Positions 47,046 through 57,417 of a stretch of DNA of 64,000 nt are shown here, in pieces. How positions within the stretch are numbered: position 1 is the first letter of the stretch; every line of letters starts with the position of its first letter. This DNA is from Eledone cirrhosa. Taxonomy: Eukaryota. A program made the translations under genes and the position numbers. The notes under the pieces are model-generated. The model ran no database searches and was not told the DNA's origin. It worked only from the letters and a program-made list of their open reading frames with translations. The DNA lies in NCBI GenBank assembly GCA_964016885.1, contig OZ024745.1, positions 87,792,001-87,856,000 of the forward strand. Reading direction: 5' to 3'.

Positions 47046-47362
47046 CTTACTTGTTCCTATTACCCACTCTACTACCCTAAGTATTGAGTACTTTGGTGTG
47101 TTATGGTCCACCTGGTTCCTAACCACATTGCCTTCGTTATATATATATATATATTGAAAATTGCAAACTTGACTGTCACCACTGATTGTGAACCTGAAGA
47201 TTGCGAAAGCATGATTCTACCATACTATTTCATTATAATATCATTATAATTTTAAAGGATTGTAGATAAAACGAGTAAATCAGACAAAGTTGAATTCCTT
47301 TTATTAATATATATATATATATAAATGAAAGAGTGAGAAATGAAATTTCGTTTCATTCTATT

Positions 47363-47422
<60 letters not shown>

Positions 47423-47512
47423 AGTTAGTTAAATAACAATGACGTAGGCATTATAATACAACGGGAGAAAACATAATAGTTCCACGGATATATATATATA
47501 TATATATTACCC

Positions 47513-48388
47513 TTGGTCAGTGTCCAAGTCTCAGATCCGTACAGCAGCACAGACTCCATACAGCTATGAAGGGGCGGATCTTCAGATCTTCACGAAGGTC
47601 GGACTTCCACACCAATCTCAAGCTGTGGCACGCCGCCCAGGATTTGATCTTCCTCTCAACCACATCATCTTCCGTATTCTCAGTCTTTGCTCCCAAATAC
47701 AGGAAGTCCTCAACTAATTCCAGCCGTTTCCTGCCATCATTAGTAATCCCCTCTGGCTTCTCATCATTCTCTACCAGACATTTTGTCTTAGTCTCATTCA
47801 TTCTCAGACCTACACTCGTCGTCACAGTCTCAACTTCCTGCATCAAATCCTCTGCCTCCTTCACTGTATTTGTCACCAAAACTATGTCGTCGGCAAATTC
47901 AGCGTCTGATATCTTTTTCGCCTTAACTCTCCTGCTCTGAGCCGGTGTTACAATAAAGCCGGTGTCCTGGTGTTTCTCCAGTGCAAGGTGCGTACAATAG
48001 TCCACTACGATGATAACAAGTTGGGGAGCCAATGTATCTCAGATGGTGGATGGGTGCTACACAAGAATGCTGAGGATGGCTCTGAATCAGTATACACTGA
48101 GGATGAAAAACTCAGAGCTGTATGGGCGCCTCCCAAAAGTCAGCTCAAAAGTGACACAGAGGAGACTGAGGTTAGCTGGACATGCTCACCGACAGCCAGA
48201 GTTAACATTGCACTCAGTGCTCCTGTGGGAGCCCCTGCATGGACACACTGGAAGCGGAAGACCAAGGTTAACGTATGTTGATGCCGTAAGGACAGACACT
48301 GGTCTGTTGGAGACAGCGATAATGAGGGACAGAGACCGCTGGACAGAACTCGTCCATGGATCTCGGGAATTTTACCCGCCCTAGATAG
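47513..48388 (+). mobile_element. RTE LINE insertion with inverted 5' segment (47513-~48040 minus, ~48037-48388 plus) and 11-bp target-site duplication
   Basis: Minus part: DTLAPQLVIIVVDY...FADDIVL...GLRMNETKTK...FLYLGA...ESVLLYGSETWTLTK. Plus part: SQMVDGCYTRMLR...RRLRLAGH...GRPRLTYVD...R.RW. TAGATAGA tail. ATATATTACCC at 47502-47512 and 48389-48399. Confidence 0.9.
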
Positions 48389-48493
48389 ATATATTACCCA
48401 CTCTACATCTCCCATGTATCGAGTACTCATATGATTAGTGGTATCCTCGGTCTCAACAACGCAGACTGTATATATACATATATATATAACTCT

Positions 48494-48606
<113 letters not shown>

Positions 48607-48699
48607 AGAATAGAACCATTTTAAAACTAGTTATACCATTACTCAACAGTGTACACAATGCTTGGGTTGATTGAGTATGGCTATATTATAAAGAGTCAG

Positions 48700-48750
48700 G
48701 AGCCGACGGCTGAGCTCTTGCCGTTTCAACTGTTCGTTCCGGAATAAACT
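48700..48750 (-). other. 3' half of a hammerhead module related to 46952-47045 (truncated)
   Basis: Minus strand GAAA CGGC AAGAGCTCA GCCG TC GG. The 5' core is absent. A short plus-strand echo GCAAGAGCTCAG follows at about 48759. Confidence 0.55.
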
Positions 48751-48911
48751 TTTGAATCAGCAAGAGCTCAGTCGCCGTGTCCTGGTTCCTTATAATATAT
48801 ATATTTATATATATATAAAAATAGAGAAAGAGAAAGAAAAACAAAAGGAATTACCTTTTGTTTTTCTTTCTCTTTCTCTATTTTTCATACAATTATTCAT
48901 TCGAACTGTTT

Positions 48912-48943
<32 letters not shown>

Positions 48944-49763
48944 TTATTCATTTATATTTACATTCTCACTTGCTTTCTTTATCTCTCCAGCAATCCTTCA
49001 TCGCTGTCTCCTTCCACAATTGTTTTGTTCGACTTCATATTCATTATTCTCCCCATCATCAGTTATTTACACAACGCAATTATTCATAGCGTTTTATTTT
49101 CCTTTCACACACCGCAACAGTCATTTAGTATTGAAGGTGAATACTTCCACTAAAGATATGTATATCTATTGAGTCATATATAAGAATTTATATAGTAATA
49201 AATATGTAATTTCTTATAAATGAATTTTTATATATTTATTCATTTATATATATGGAAATATATATGTGTGCATCGGAATCTTCGCCTACACTACTTGTGT
49301 GTGTGTGTGTGAGGATTCCTACATCTGATATGTTGTATCTATGCTTATATATGTCAGCAAGGGTCTGTTAGATATAGTCATTTGTGCCTTCGTATTTATG
49401 TCTATTTTTCCTTAATGAATTATTTTTACACCAGTAATTAACACCGTTTTTATGCGGTGACATTGTCATGAGTTATCACCCTTTTTGATTTGTAAGACTC
49501 GATTATTTTAAATTTGTATGTTCCAGAGTTAATATCTTAGTTAACGTTTACATTTATACTTTAGTAATTTGTAACTGTAGTATGGGTATATTTATACTTT
49601 AGTAATTTGTAACTCTAGTATGGGTATATTCCCTGTCCATTCAGTCAACATCCACCCGCTCGATATTCTATGGGTATTTTGGTATTTCCGTTAATATAAT
49701 CTGACACTTCAATTTTGATCTGTGGTTTTTCCTGATGAGATTATGCAGATATAGATGTATAGC

Positions 49764-49885
49764 CATTCTGAGTTCAAATCCCGCCGAGGTTAACTTTGCC
49801 TTTCATCCTTACGGGGTCGATAAAATAAAGTACCAGTAATGCACTAGGTAATTGCTGGCCTTGTGCCAAAAGTAGAAACAATTAT
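49764..49885 (+). mobile_element. SINE (5'-truncated)
   Basis: B-box-like GAGTTCAAATCC, core GGGGTCGATAAAATAAAGTACCAG and tail GGCCTTGTGCCAAAAGTAGAAACAATTAT, shared with 61003-61176. Confidence 0.8.
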
Positions 49886-50023
49886 GTTTATTACATCAAT
49901 AAAGCGACTATTTCACCGTTAATTATCGAATAATTGTATATTTAACAGCTTTAATAGAAAAAAATGCCGAAAATATATATTTTTGAAGTTTTCGAATTGT
50001 TTGATATATTTGATTGACTCTAA

Positions 50024-50089
<66 letters not shown>

Positions 50090-50093
<4 letters not shown>

Positions 50094-50761
50094 ATGTATG
50101 TATACGTACATACATATATGCATACAGTAGTATGTATATATATACATACATGCACACATATATATATATGTATGTATGGGTTTACCGAACATTTATTATA
50201 ATGTTCGCTTTGTTTGTAAACAAACAAACAAACAGCCCGAATTACGCCGTACAGTGTTCAGGCAACGATGTACTAGTTACAAGCTTATTAGCTATCGTCA
50301 GCACCGTATACCTTCCTGCCAGATGATTGAACGTCTGAAAGTATATACTTTCCTTATGCATATTAACGGCTGAGCAGCCTAATTTGCATATCGAGTGAGT
50401 TAGTCAGCCGGGCGCACCGAAAACCATAAATGGAAAAGAATTAAACGAAATTTCATTCCTCACTCTGAGTACGGCTGATACTTAAATGTAAGTATGTATG
50501 TATACGTACATACATATATGTATACAGACTTACAGTAGTATGTAAGTATATATCTACATGTACACATATATATATATGTACGTATGGGTTTACCGAACAT
50601 TTATTATAATGTTCGGTTTGTTTGTAAACAATCAAACACCCCGAATTAGGCCGTACAGTTTTCAGGCAACCATCGTCACCTTTTTGTTCAACATTGACAC
50701 AGGAACGATGTACTAGATTCAAGCTTATTAACTATCATCAGCATCGTATACCATCCTGCCA
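50090..50761. repeat. Two diverged direct copies of a 230-270 bp segment (50090-50321, 50490-50761)
   Basis: Both share GGGTTTACCGAACATTTATTATAATGTTCG...CCCGAATTA.GCCGTACAGT.TTCAGGCAAC...GATGTACTAG...CCTGCCA. The second copy has an internal insertion and abuts the PLE. Confidence 0.85.
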
Positions 50762-52480
50762 ACTGCTACATAATGCTGTAACTAAGGATTACCGTAAAAC
50801 TAATCGGAGTGTCATTAATGAAATCAACGATGCTGGGTTTAATATCACCTATGATCTCAACATCCTGGACCACACCGAACCTCTGGACCCTATTTCTCCC
50901 CACTTTACCTTTCCCTGAAGGATCACAAATCCAATTTCCCGAACAACTCCTCTATTCGGCTTATTAACCCTACGAAGTCCGATTTAGGTAGACTTAGTAA
51001 AAGGATTTTACATAAAATTATACCTGAAATTAGAAGTTTGGTCCCCCTTGCACTGTGGAATAATTCTTTCGCGGTGATTGACTGGTTCAACGGCATATGC
51101 AACAAGGAACATTGCCGTTTTATCCAATTCGACATCAATAATTAATACTCCTCCATCAATTTACCACTTCTTCTTAGAGCTATCAATTTCGCTAAAACAC
51201 TCACAGTGGTTAAGGATTTCGAAGTTGATGTCATCCTCAATACCCGTAAGTCGGTGATTAATTTCGACGACTCTATTTGGATTAAAAAATCTAATAGTGA
51301 GTATGGGCGCCAGCGATTCCGCGGAGGTTACTGATCTTATCGGCCTTTTCCTTCTTTTCTCTATCAAGGAAGAATTCCCCAACGTGGGCGGTGGTTTGTA
51401 CCGTGATGATGGTCTTTTGACCATGACAAAGTGCGGTCCACGTGCTTGCGACAGGTTCAGAAAAGAACTCACAGCCTTCTTTAAAGGCTTCAATCTCTCC
51501 ATACAGGTTGAAGCCTACCTCTCGGTCGTTAATTACCTCGACGTTACCCTCGATTTGTCGAATGGCTTGCACTACCCGTATAGAAAGCCGAATGATACGC
51601 TTAATTACATAAGTAAGCATTCTAAGAATCTTGCCAGCATAACCAAGAACCTAGTAAGAAACGTGTCTTTGAGGCTTCCCCGTCTATCTACAAACGAGCA
51701 TATTTTCAACAGCCATTCCACATATTACAATGAAGCTCTTGCTCGAAGTGGATTTGTCGAAAAGGTAGCTTATACAGAGTACGAGAATACACCTAGGAAA
51801 AATAGATTCCGACGCATTATATGGTATAACCCTCCATATATGAAGGTGGCCACAACTTTAGCTAAGATCTTTCTCTCCCTTATTATGAAGCATTTCCCCC
51901 AGCACATAAATATAGTAAAATTTGTAATACAAATACCATTAACATTTCTTACTCTACGACTCCTAATCTTGCACATAACATCACAGCTTCAAATTTAGCT
52001 AAATTACCTAGCCATAGCAACACGTGCAACCCTGTAGCTGGTACTAACCGTAATTGTAGGAATCGGGTTGACTGCCCACTATCCGGGAAATGCCTCTGTA
52101 GTAACATTGTCTACAAATGTAAGGTTGAAACACCCACGTCCCGCAGGGCCTACATAGGGTTAACCGCCATAGATTTAAGCAGCATCTTTACATGCATACC
52201 CATTCTTTTCTTAACCCTCTAAGAAGGAATATGACGTCACTTTCAGCTTATATAACCACACCCAATATAAGTTACACTGAGAGATCCTAGCTAAATCTAG
52301 ATCGTATAACGGAAATATAAGACCATGTGACTTCTGCGTCGCTGAGGCCTTGGAAATACTCTACGCCAAAGACCACATCTTAAACAAAAGATCTGAGGCA
52401 ATTTCGGCTTGTAAACATAAATTGCACAAAACTTTCCTGTATTACAGCCCCACATTATACCCTAACGGATAGTACGAACT

Positions 52481-52642
52481 ATACGCTGATATTTTACGTC
52501 TTGATGTGTTATCTAAGTATATGTTATGTTAATACCCTTACTCATTCGTATAGGTAAGTATACGCGGATATTTTACGTCTTGATGTGGTAGCTAAGTATA
52601 TGTTATGTTAATACCCTTACTTATTCGTATAGGTAAGTATAC
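52481..52642. repeat. 79-bp tandem duplication inside the PLE-A 3' region
   Basis: ATACGC.GATATTTTACGTCTTGATGTG...GTATAGGTAAGT occurs twice; the counterpart at about 660-745 is single-copy. Confidence 0.9.
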
Positions 52643-53208
52643 TTTCTCGTACGTATATTTGCTTGTATATGTTATTGGCGTATATATTATATATACTGGT
52701 ACATGTGCATTTACTTAAGTGTATACGTGAGTTTTGCGTCTGTGTGAGTATGCGGGTTCGTACGTATGTAGGGTGTGTGTATATGTGTACTTTGTGTTTT
52801 GGTGGACGTACGTCCGCGAACATATGTGTATTTACATGTCGGTGTGTGTGCGCGTGCGTTATATGCATATTTATGTGTGCATATTTATATACGTTTATTT
52901 AATTGTGTATACCCGCACACACACACACATGTGTATGTATATATGTTTTTATATATTTTTATGTGTATTTGGTGTATACGTTCGTATGTGTGCTGTACAG
53001 GCGTTGCGTGGTTTCTGTATGTGCGTGTGTGTGTTCCTTGTTTTTTTTGTTTTTTTTAGTGTGTATGTGCTTGTAATTGCATACCCACGGGGAGTGTTTT
53101 CGCGTATGCTTGCGTATGTACGATGTGTGTATGTATATATTTAATTTCAATTACATCTGTATTTTATTTACTTTATTCTTAACTCTGAAGCCGAGAATCA
53201 TTCGGTTT

Positions 53209-53491
53209 CCTAAATACAATTTTAGTCTACGACTTCAGTTATAGCATTTACGTGGTTTAGTCTCTGCGTGTAATTGTTCTCAATGTTCCACATAATGACG
53301 TATTATCTTCGTTTTTTCCGTTCATTGCTAGAGAACGTCTCCATAAACCACCTAATAGAATATTAGTCTACGACTTTATTTATACTACAAACGTGGTTTT
53401 GTCTTCGCGTGTAATTGTTTTCAATGCACCAAATAATGGCGTATTATCTTCGTTTTTCCCGTTCTTTGCCAGGGAACTTTTCTACGAACCA
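53209..53491. repeat. About 142-bp diverged tandem repeat near the PLE-A 3' end
   Basis: CCTAA...TTAGTCTACGACTT...GCGTGTAATTGTT.TCAATG...CGTATTATCTTCGTTTTT...AACCA occurs twice. Confidence 0.85.
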
Positions 53492-53570
53492 AAGTATCGT
53501 CTTCCTGTCTTCCTTTTGTCGCAACGTTTTTTTGAAATATTTACTTCTGCGTTCACAGATTGATTCTTTT

Positions 53571-53604
53571 AGTTTCAGAAGACCCCGTTAAGGGTGAAAG
53601 GACT
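53571..53604 (+). other. Decayed hammerhead relic at the PLE-A 3' end
   Basis: AGTTT CAGAAGA CCCCGTTAAGGGT GAAA GGACT: stem I and II pairing is recognisable, but the core is mutated and stem III with the cleavage triplet is missing. Confidence 0.4.
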
Positions 53605-53641
53605 GATTCTTTGCTTAAACTTTAATCTGTTATTTTAATAA

Positions 53642-53699
<58 letters not shown>

Positions 53700-53759
53700 G
53701 TGTATTGTTTGATATATTTGATTGACTCTAAACCGTATATATGTATCTGTGTGTGTATA

Positions 53760-53867
<108 letters not shown>

Positions 53868-54418
53868 TATATATATATATATAGTTTTAATATAGATGAG
53901 ATTCTACAGGACTAGAACTGCTTCATTCTTTAGAAATCATCAGGAATATGGGTATCAAAAAATAAATATGGTATTTATAGGTCTCTTCAGGTGGTAGGAG
54001 AGGGTAGGGTGTGATTGGGTAGAGGTCATTGGTTGATAGAAAAGGGAATTCATTAAAAGCTAATTCTTTAAAGCTATAGTTTATATTTAGTGTAACAAAG
54101 GCAGAAAGAATTCTATAAACAAGTTCAGAATGGGGTACCACTCCTTATTTTTAAGTTTCTCTTAAGCTAACAATGCCTAGATTTCAGGTGTCTATAAGAT
54201 CGTTGGGGGTCAGTCATGGTTGATGGATTTAAAGAAAAGGGAAATTCTTTAAAAGCTAATTCTTAGTGACAAAGGCCTAGAGAATTCTATAGACCAGTTC
54301 AAAATATTGAGTGCATATCATACCATTATCTACAAATTTCTCTTAAACTATATTCCAAACGTCAACAGACACAATCACAAACACACACACGCACACACTC
54401 GCGCGCACCCCCCACCCC

Positions 54419-54493
<75 letters not shown>

Positions 54494-54496
<3 letters not shown>

Positions 54497-57362
54497 AGAA
54501 AAGATGAATATAAAATGAAAGTGCTTTTTTTAAAAAGGAATTTATTAGGTATTGACATATGTTTCTGTAACAGACGGAATACCTATGTATCGCTGCTTGC
54601 GTAATCATATAATGTTAGCAAGTATTCGATAGCAAATGCATAATCAGTTGTCACTTCTTCAGAGATTTTGGATAAATTGGATAAAATCAGAAAAATTGAA
54701 GTATTTATAATGGTAATAGAGGAAGAATAGAGGGGATAGTATATGACAGATGGTAATTCAATTTACTGCTAAACAAGTATATAAAGGGTTTCTAAAGAGA
54801 ATACCACGAGTAAATGGTTTATTTTATCTAAATAAGAATTTTTGGGAGTGCCAATTTTAATCTATTGGACAGTGGACAGGGCTGGTCATTTGGTGTAGTA
54901 GTATTAATTATAAAGTGTCAATTGGGGAAGGGAGAGATTTCGAATGCTACTGAATAACATCAATGCTAGTAGCCAGCTGGTATATGCATTAGGGGATTGA
55001 ATTAAGAAATCAGAAATCTTATTTTATCTATAGCAGTTTATATTAAATGGTAAATAATAGAAGAGTTGATAGAATTAAGACTAATAGAGAATGTTAATAT
55101 CTATTTTGACAATCTAACGGAGATAGAGACAGGCGTTCAATCCTGGTAGTATTTATAATATGAAAATGTAGATTTTAAGCGATGGTTACAGTATAACGAT
55201 CGCTCTACTCTGTTATTTGATAAAATGTTTTTGGATTTCATAATACAAAATAATTCCATATTACATAATTTACAAAATTCCTGCCCGTGGAATATGGGGG
55301 GGGGGGGGGGGGGCAGCCGCTATTATATCCCATTTTAGGTGAAATTGTTGGTTATTTTCACGCAGCTGCCAAGCCTTGTCTGCGAGTGTTGTTACATAAC
55401 GCTGGTTTTCATGTTTTATCGAGTAACGATGTCTATAAAGGCGTGATTTGAAGGAGGTGGCTGTAGATCCCACATAGTACCACTTCTGTCTATCCGATTC
55501 GATAGTACATTTGTATATGATGTTCCGTTCAAGACACTGATTGTTCAACGGACACATTCCTGGTTGGACACAGTTACAATTATAATTTTGCGTTGTTGTA
55601 TTGTCATGGATGGGTTGATGAGGTTGCTTAGGTAGGACAGGATGTTGTTTGTTGTTTTGTGATGTTATAGCTAATGTTTTACGTGTATTGTTATGTGTTG
55701 GAAGGCGTTTATACAACCGTTTTGCGTTAAGCTTTTTTATATGTTGTTCAATATTAGGGGCGGTTGAATATGAAAGTCGAATAGTGTTAGGGTTTAAGAT
55801 TTTATTATATTTATGTGATGTTGGAAAGTGTTTTTTAACTAATCGAAAGAATTGTGAGGGTAGATTGGTTTTAATAGATTTGTTATAGACCGGGTTGTAC
55901 CAAATATACTCTTTACATCGCCTTCTGTTTGGTGGTGTGCGACTATTATTGTGTCTATTGCGGTAGTGTATGTATGTTGATTATGTGCTATTTCTACTCC
56001 TATGGGATTTATTTTGGGTGTTTTGGTGATCTTCGACTATATACTCTATATTATCTAGGTGTCCGGCTTTCCTAAGTGCATCATCATAAAATTCGGCATG
56101 TTCTTTGAAGGTTTGTTGGTTGGACGACAGGCGGGAGATTCTAAGAGAAACATTTCTAGGGATGGATTTAATTATAGAGAGTGGATGGTTAGAACTCGTA
56201 TTTACATATTTAAGGTTCTCATTTAGTTTATGGAACGGGTTAATCGTATCTGTATTAAGATTCAAAGTAACATCAAGGAAATTGACCTCTTTGAGGTTAT
56301 ATTCAAATGTAATATTTAATCCTAGTTCCTTAAAAAGCTTTCTGATATTTTTACGCATCCTTTCTAAATTCTGGTTATTCATATGCTTAACTAATAGGAG
56401 CGCATCATCACGGTAGATTCCACCGTGGAGATCCTTGAATTTTCCTATTAGTCTGTGGGTTATATAAATTCCCACAAGATCTGTTACTTCCGCCGAATCA
56501 TTAGAACCCATAGTAATATCAAAATTAGAAGGTCTATCTTTGCGAACCCAGTAGCTATCATCGAATTTAACTATAGTTTTCCTCGCTTCCATAATAATTT
56601 AAATTTCAGCATCCGTAAGGTCGGAATTAGCCTTAGCGAACGAAAGAGCTTCATGTAGAGTATCAGGTGAAATTGAGGAATAATATTCATCAATATCAAA
56701 CTGGATAAATTTTGATTTTTTCTTATCAGTAATGTTACTAAACCATCTTATTGCTTCATGAGTGTTACCCCATAGTTTAATTTCTACTTTAACCTTAACT
56801 TGGGGGATAATTCTGTCTAGTATATATTTGCTAATTTTGCCTATATCAGATTTAGAGGGGCATATAAGTCTAATCTTAGGGTTAGTATCGAAGTTTACCT
56901 TGTGGTCCTTCAGGTTGAAGGATGGTATAGCTGGTGTTAAGGGTTGCGTTCTATCGTCAATACAAAGTTTTTTAACAATTTCACATGCCGAGTTGTTGAT
57001 GTTTTTAAGTGTAGCTTCATTAGTTTTCTGGTATTTTTTATGCAATTCCTTACGGATGAAGTTATTGTAAGTGTCCACATCCATGGTATATACGTTTGAT
57101 GTTTTGTCTGCTCTAACAATAATTCCATTGGCGTTTTTTAGATTATTGAGCAGTGCCGTGATGTTATTCTGTAGTTTATTGTTCTTCCGTTTTGTAAATT
57201 TGATCTCCATGATCATATCCATTAGGTCTTGTTCAAATGCATCCAAAAGTGGGTTTGAGGGTGGGTTTTTGTAAGATTTTAATCCAAATTTATCCTTGTT
57301 AAGATCCGATGTTTGGTTTATACGGCTTTTGTCAAAATGGAATGTTTTCCATCTGATTCGTC
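54494..57362 (-). mobile_element. Penelope-like retroelement family B, left arm (long RT + GIY-YIG frame with two in-frame TAA stops)
   Basis: ORFs 57246-56599, 56592-55981 and 55716-55270 share one frame: RIRWK, FGLKS, ADKTSNVY, KDHK, IRLICPSKSDIGKISK, FIQFDI, MGSNDSAEVTDLVG, GIYRDDAL, VNFLDVTL, CNC....CPL..CL..NIIYKC, YYVGST..FKSR..RH. Confidence 0.95.
54550..54666 (-). ncRNA. Hammerhead-like motif with long stem II (mirror of 59178-59294)
   Basis: Minus strand CTGAAGA...GAAACATATGTC. Stem I is weak. Confidence 0.5.
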
Positions 57363-57417
57363 GAATTTTTCCATCTGATTCATCTGATTCATCTGATCCA
57401 TCTGATTCATCTGATTC
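57345..57417. repeat. Junctional (CATCTGATT)n reiteration
   Basis: The native copy lies at 57350-57358; five tandem copies lie at 57372-57416 (one ends in C). Confidence 0.95.

Larger units (their letters stand above)
50762..53645 (+). mobile_element. Penelope-like retroelement family A, copy 2 (5'-truncated RT + GIY-YIG pseudogene + 3' region)
   Basis: KDHK..F.NN..IRLINPTKSDLGRLSK; FIQFDI; MGASDSAEVTDLIG; GLYRDDGL; VNYLDVTLDL; IIWYNPPY; NCRNRVDCPLSGKCL..NIVYKC...AYIGLT. Contains stops and frameshifts; ends AATAAA + (TA)n. Confidence 0.92.

Noticed and set aside
47190-47216. CTGAAGA TTGC GAAA GCAT GA as a hammerhead
   Set aside because: It looks like a 5' half with stem II, but the GAAA/stem III/cleavage part is missing; at most a relic.
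49725-49755. CTGATGAG hammerhead core
   Set aside because: It runs into a SINE and no 3' half was found.
50367-50410. Octamer ATTTGCAT inside a CGGCTGA/TCAGCCG inverted repeat as a regulatory site
   Set aside because: A single 8-mer and a 7-bp stem are expected by chance in 64 kb, and no linked gene is visible.
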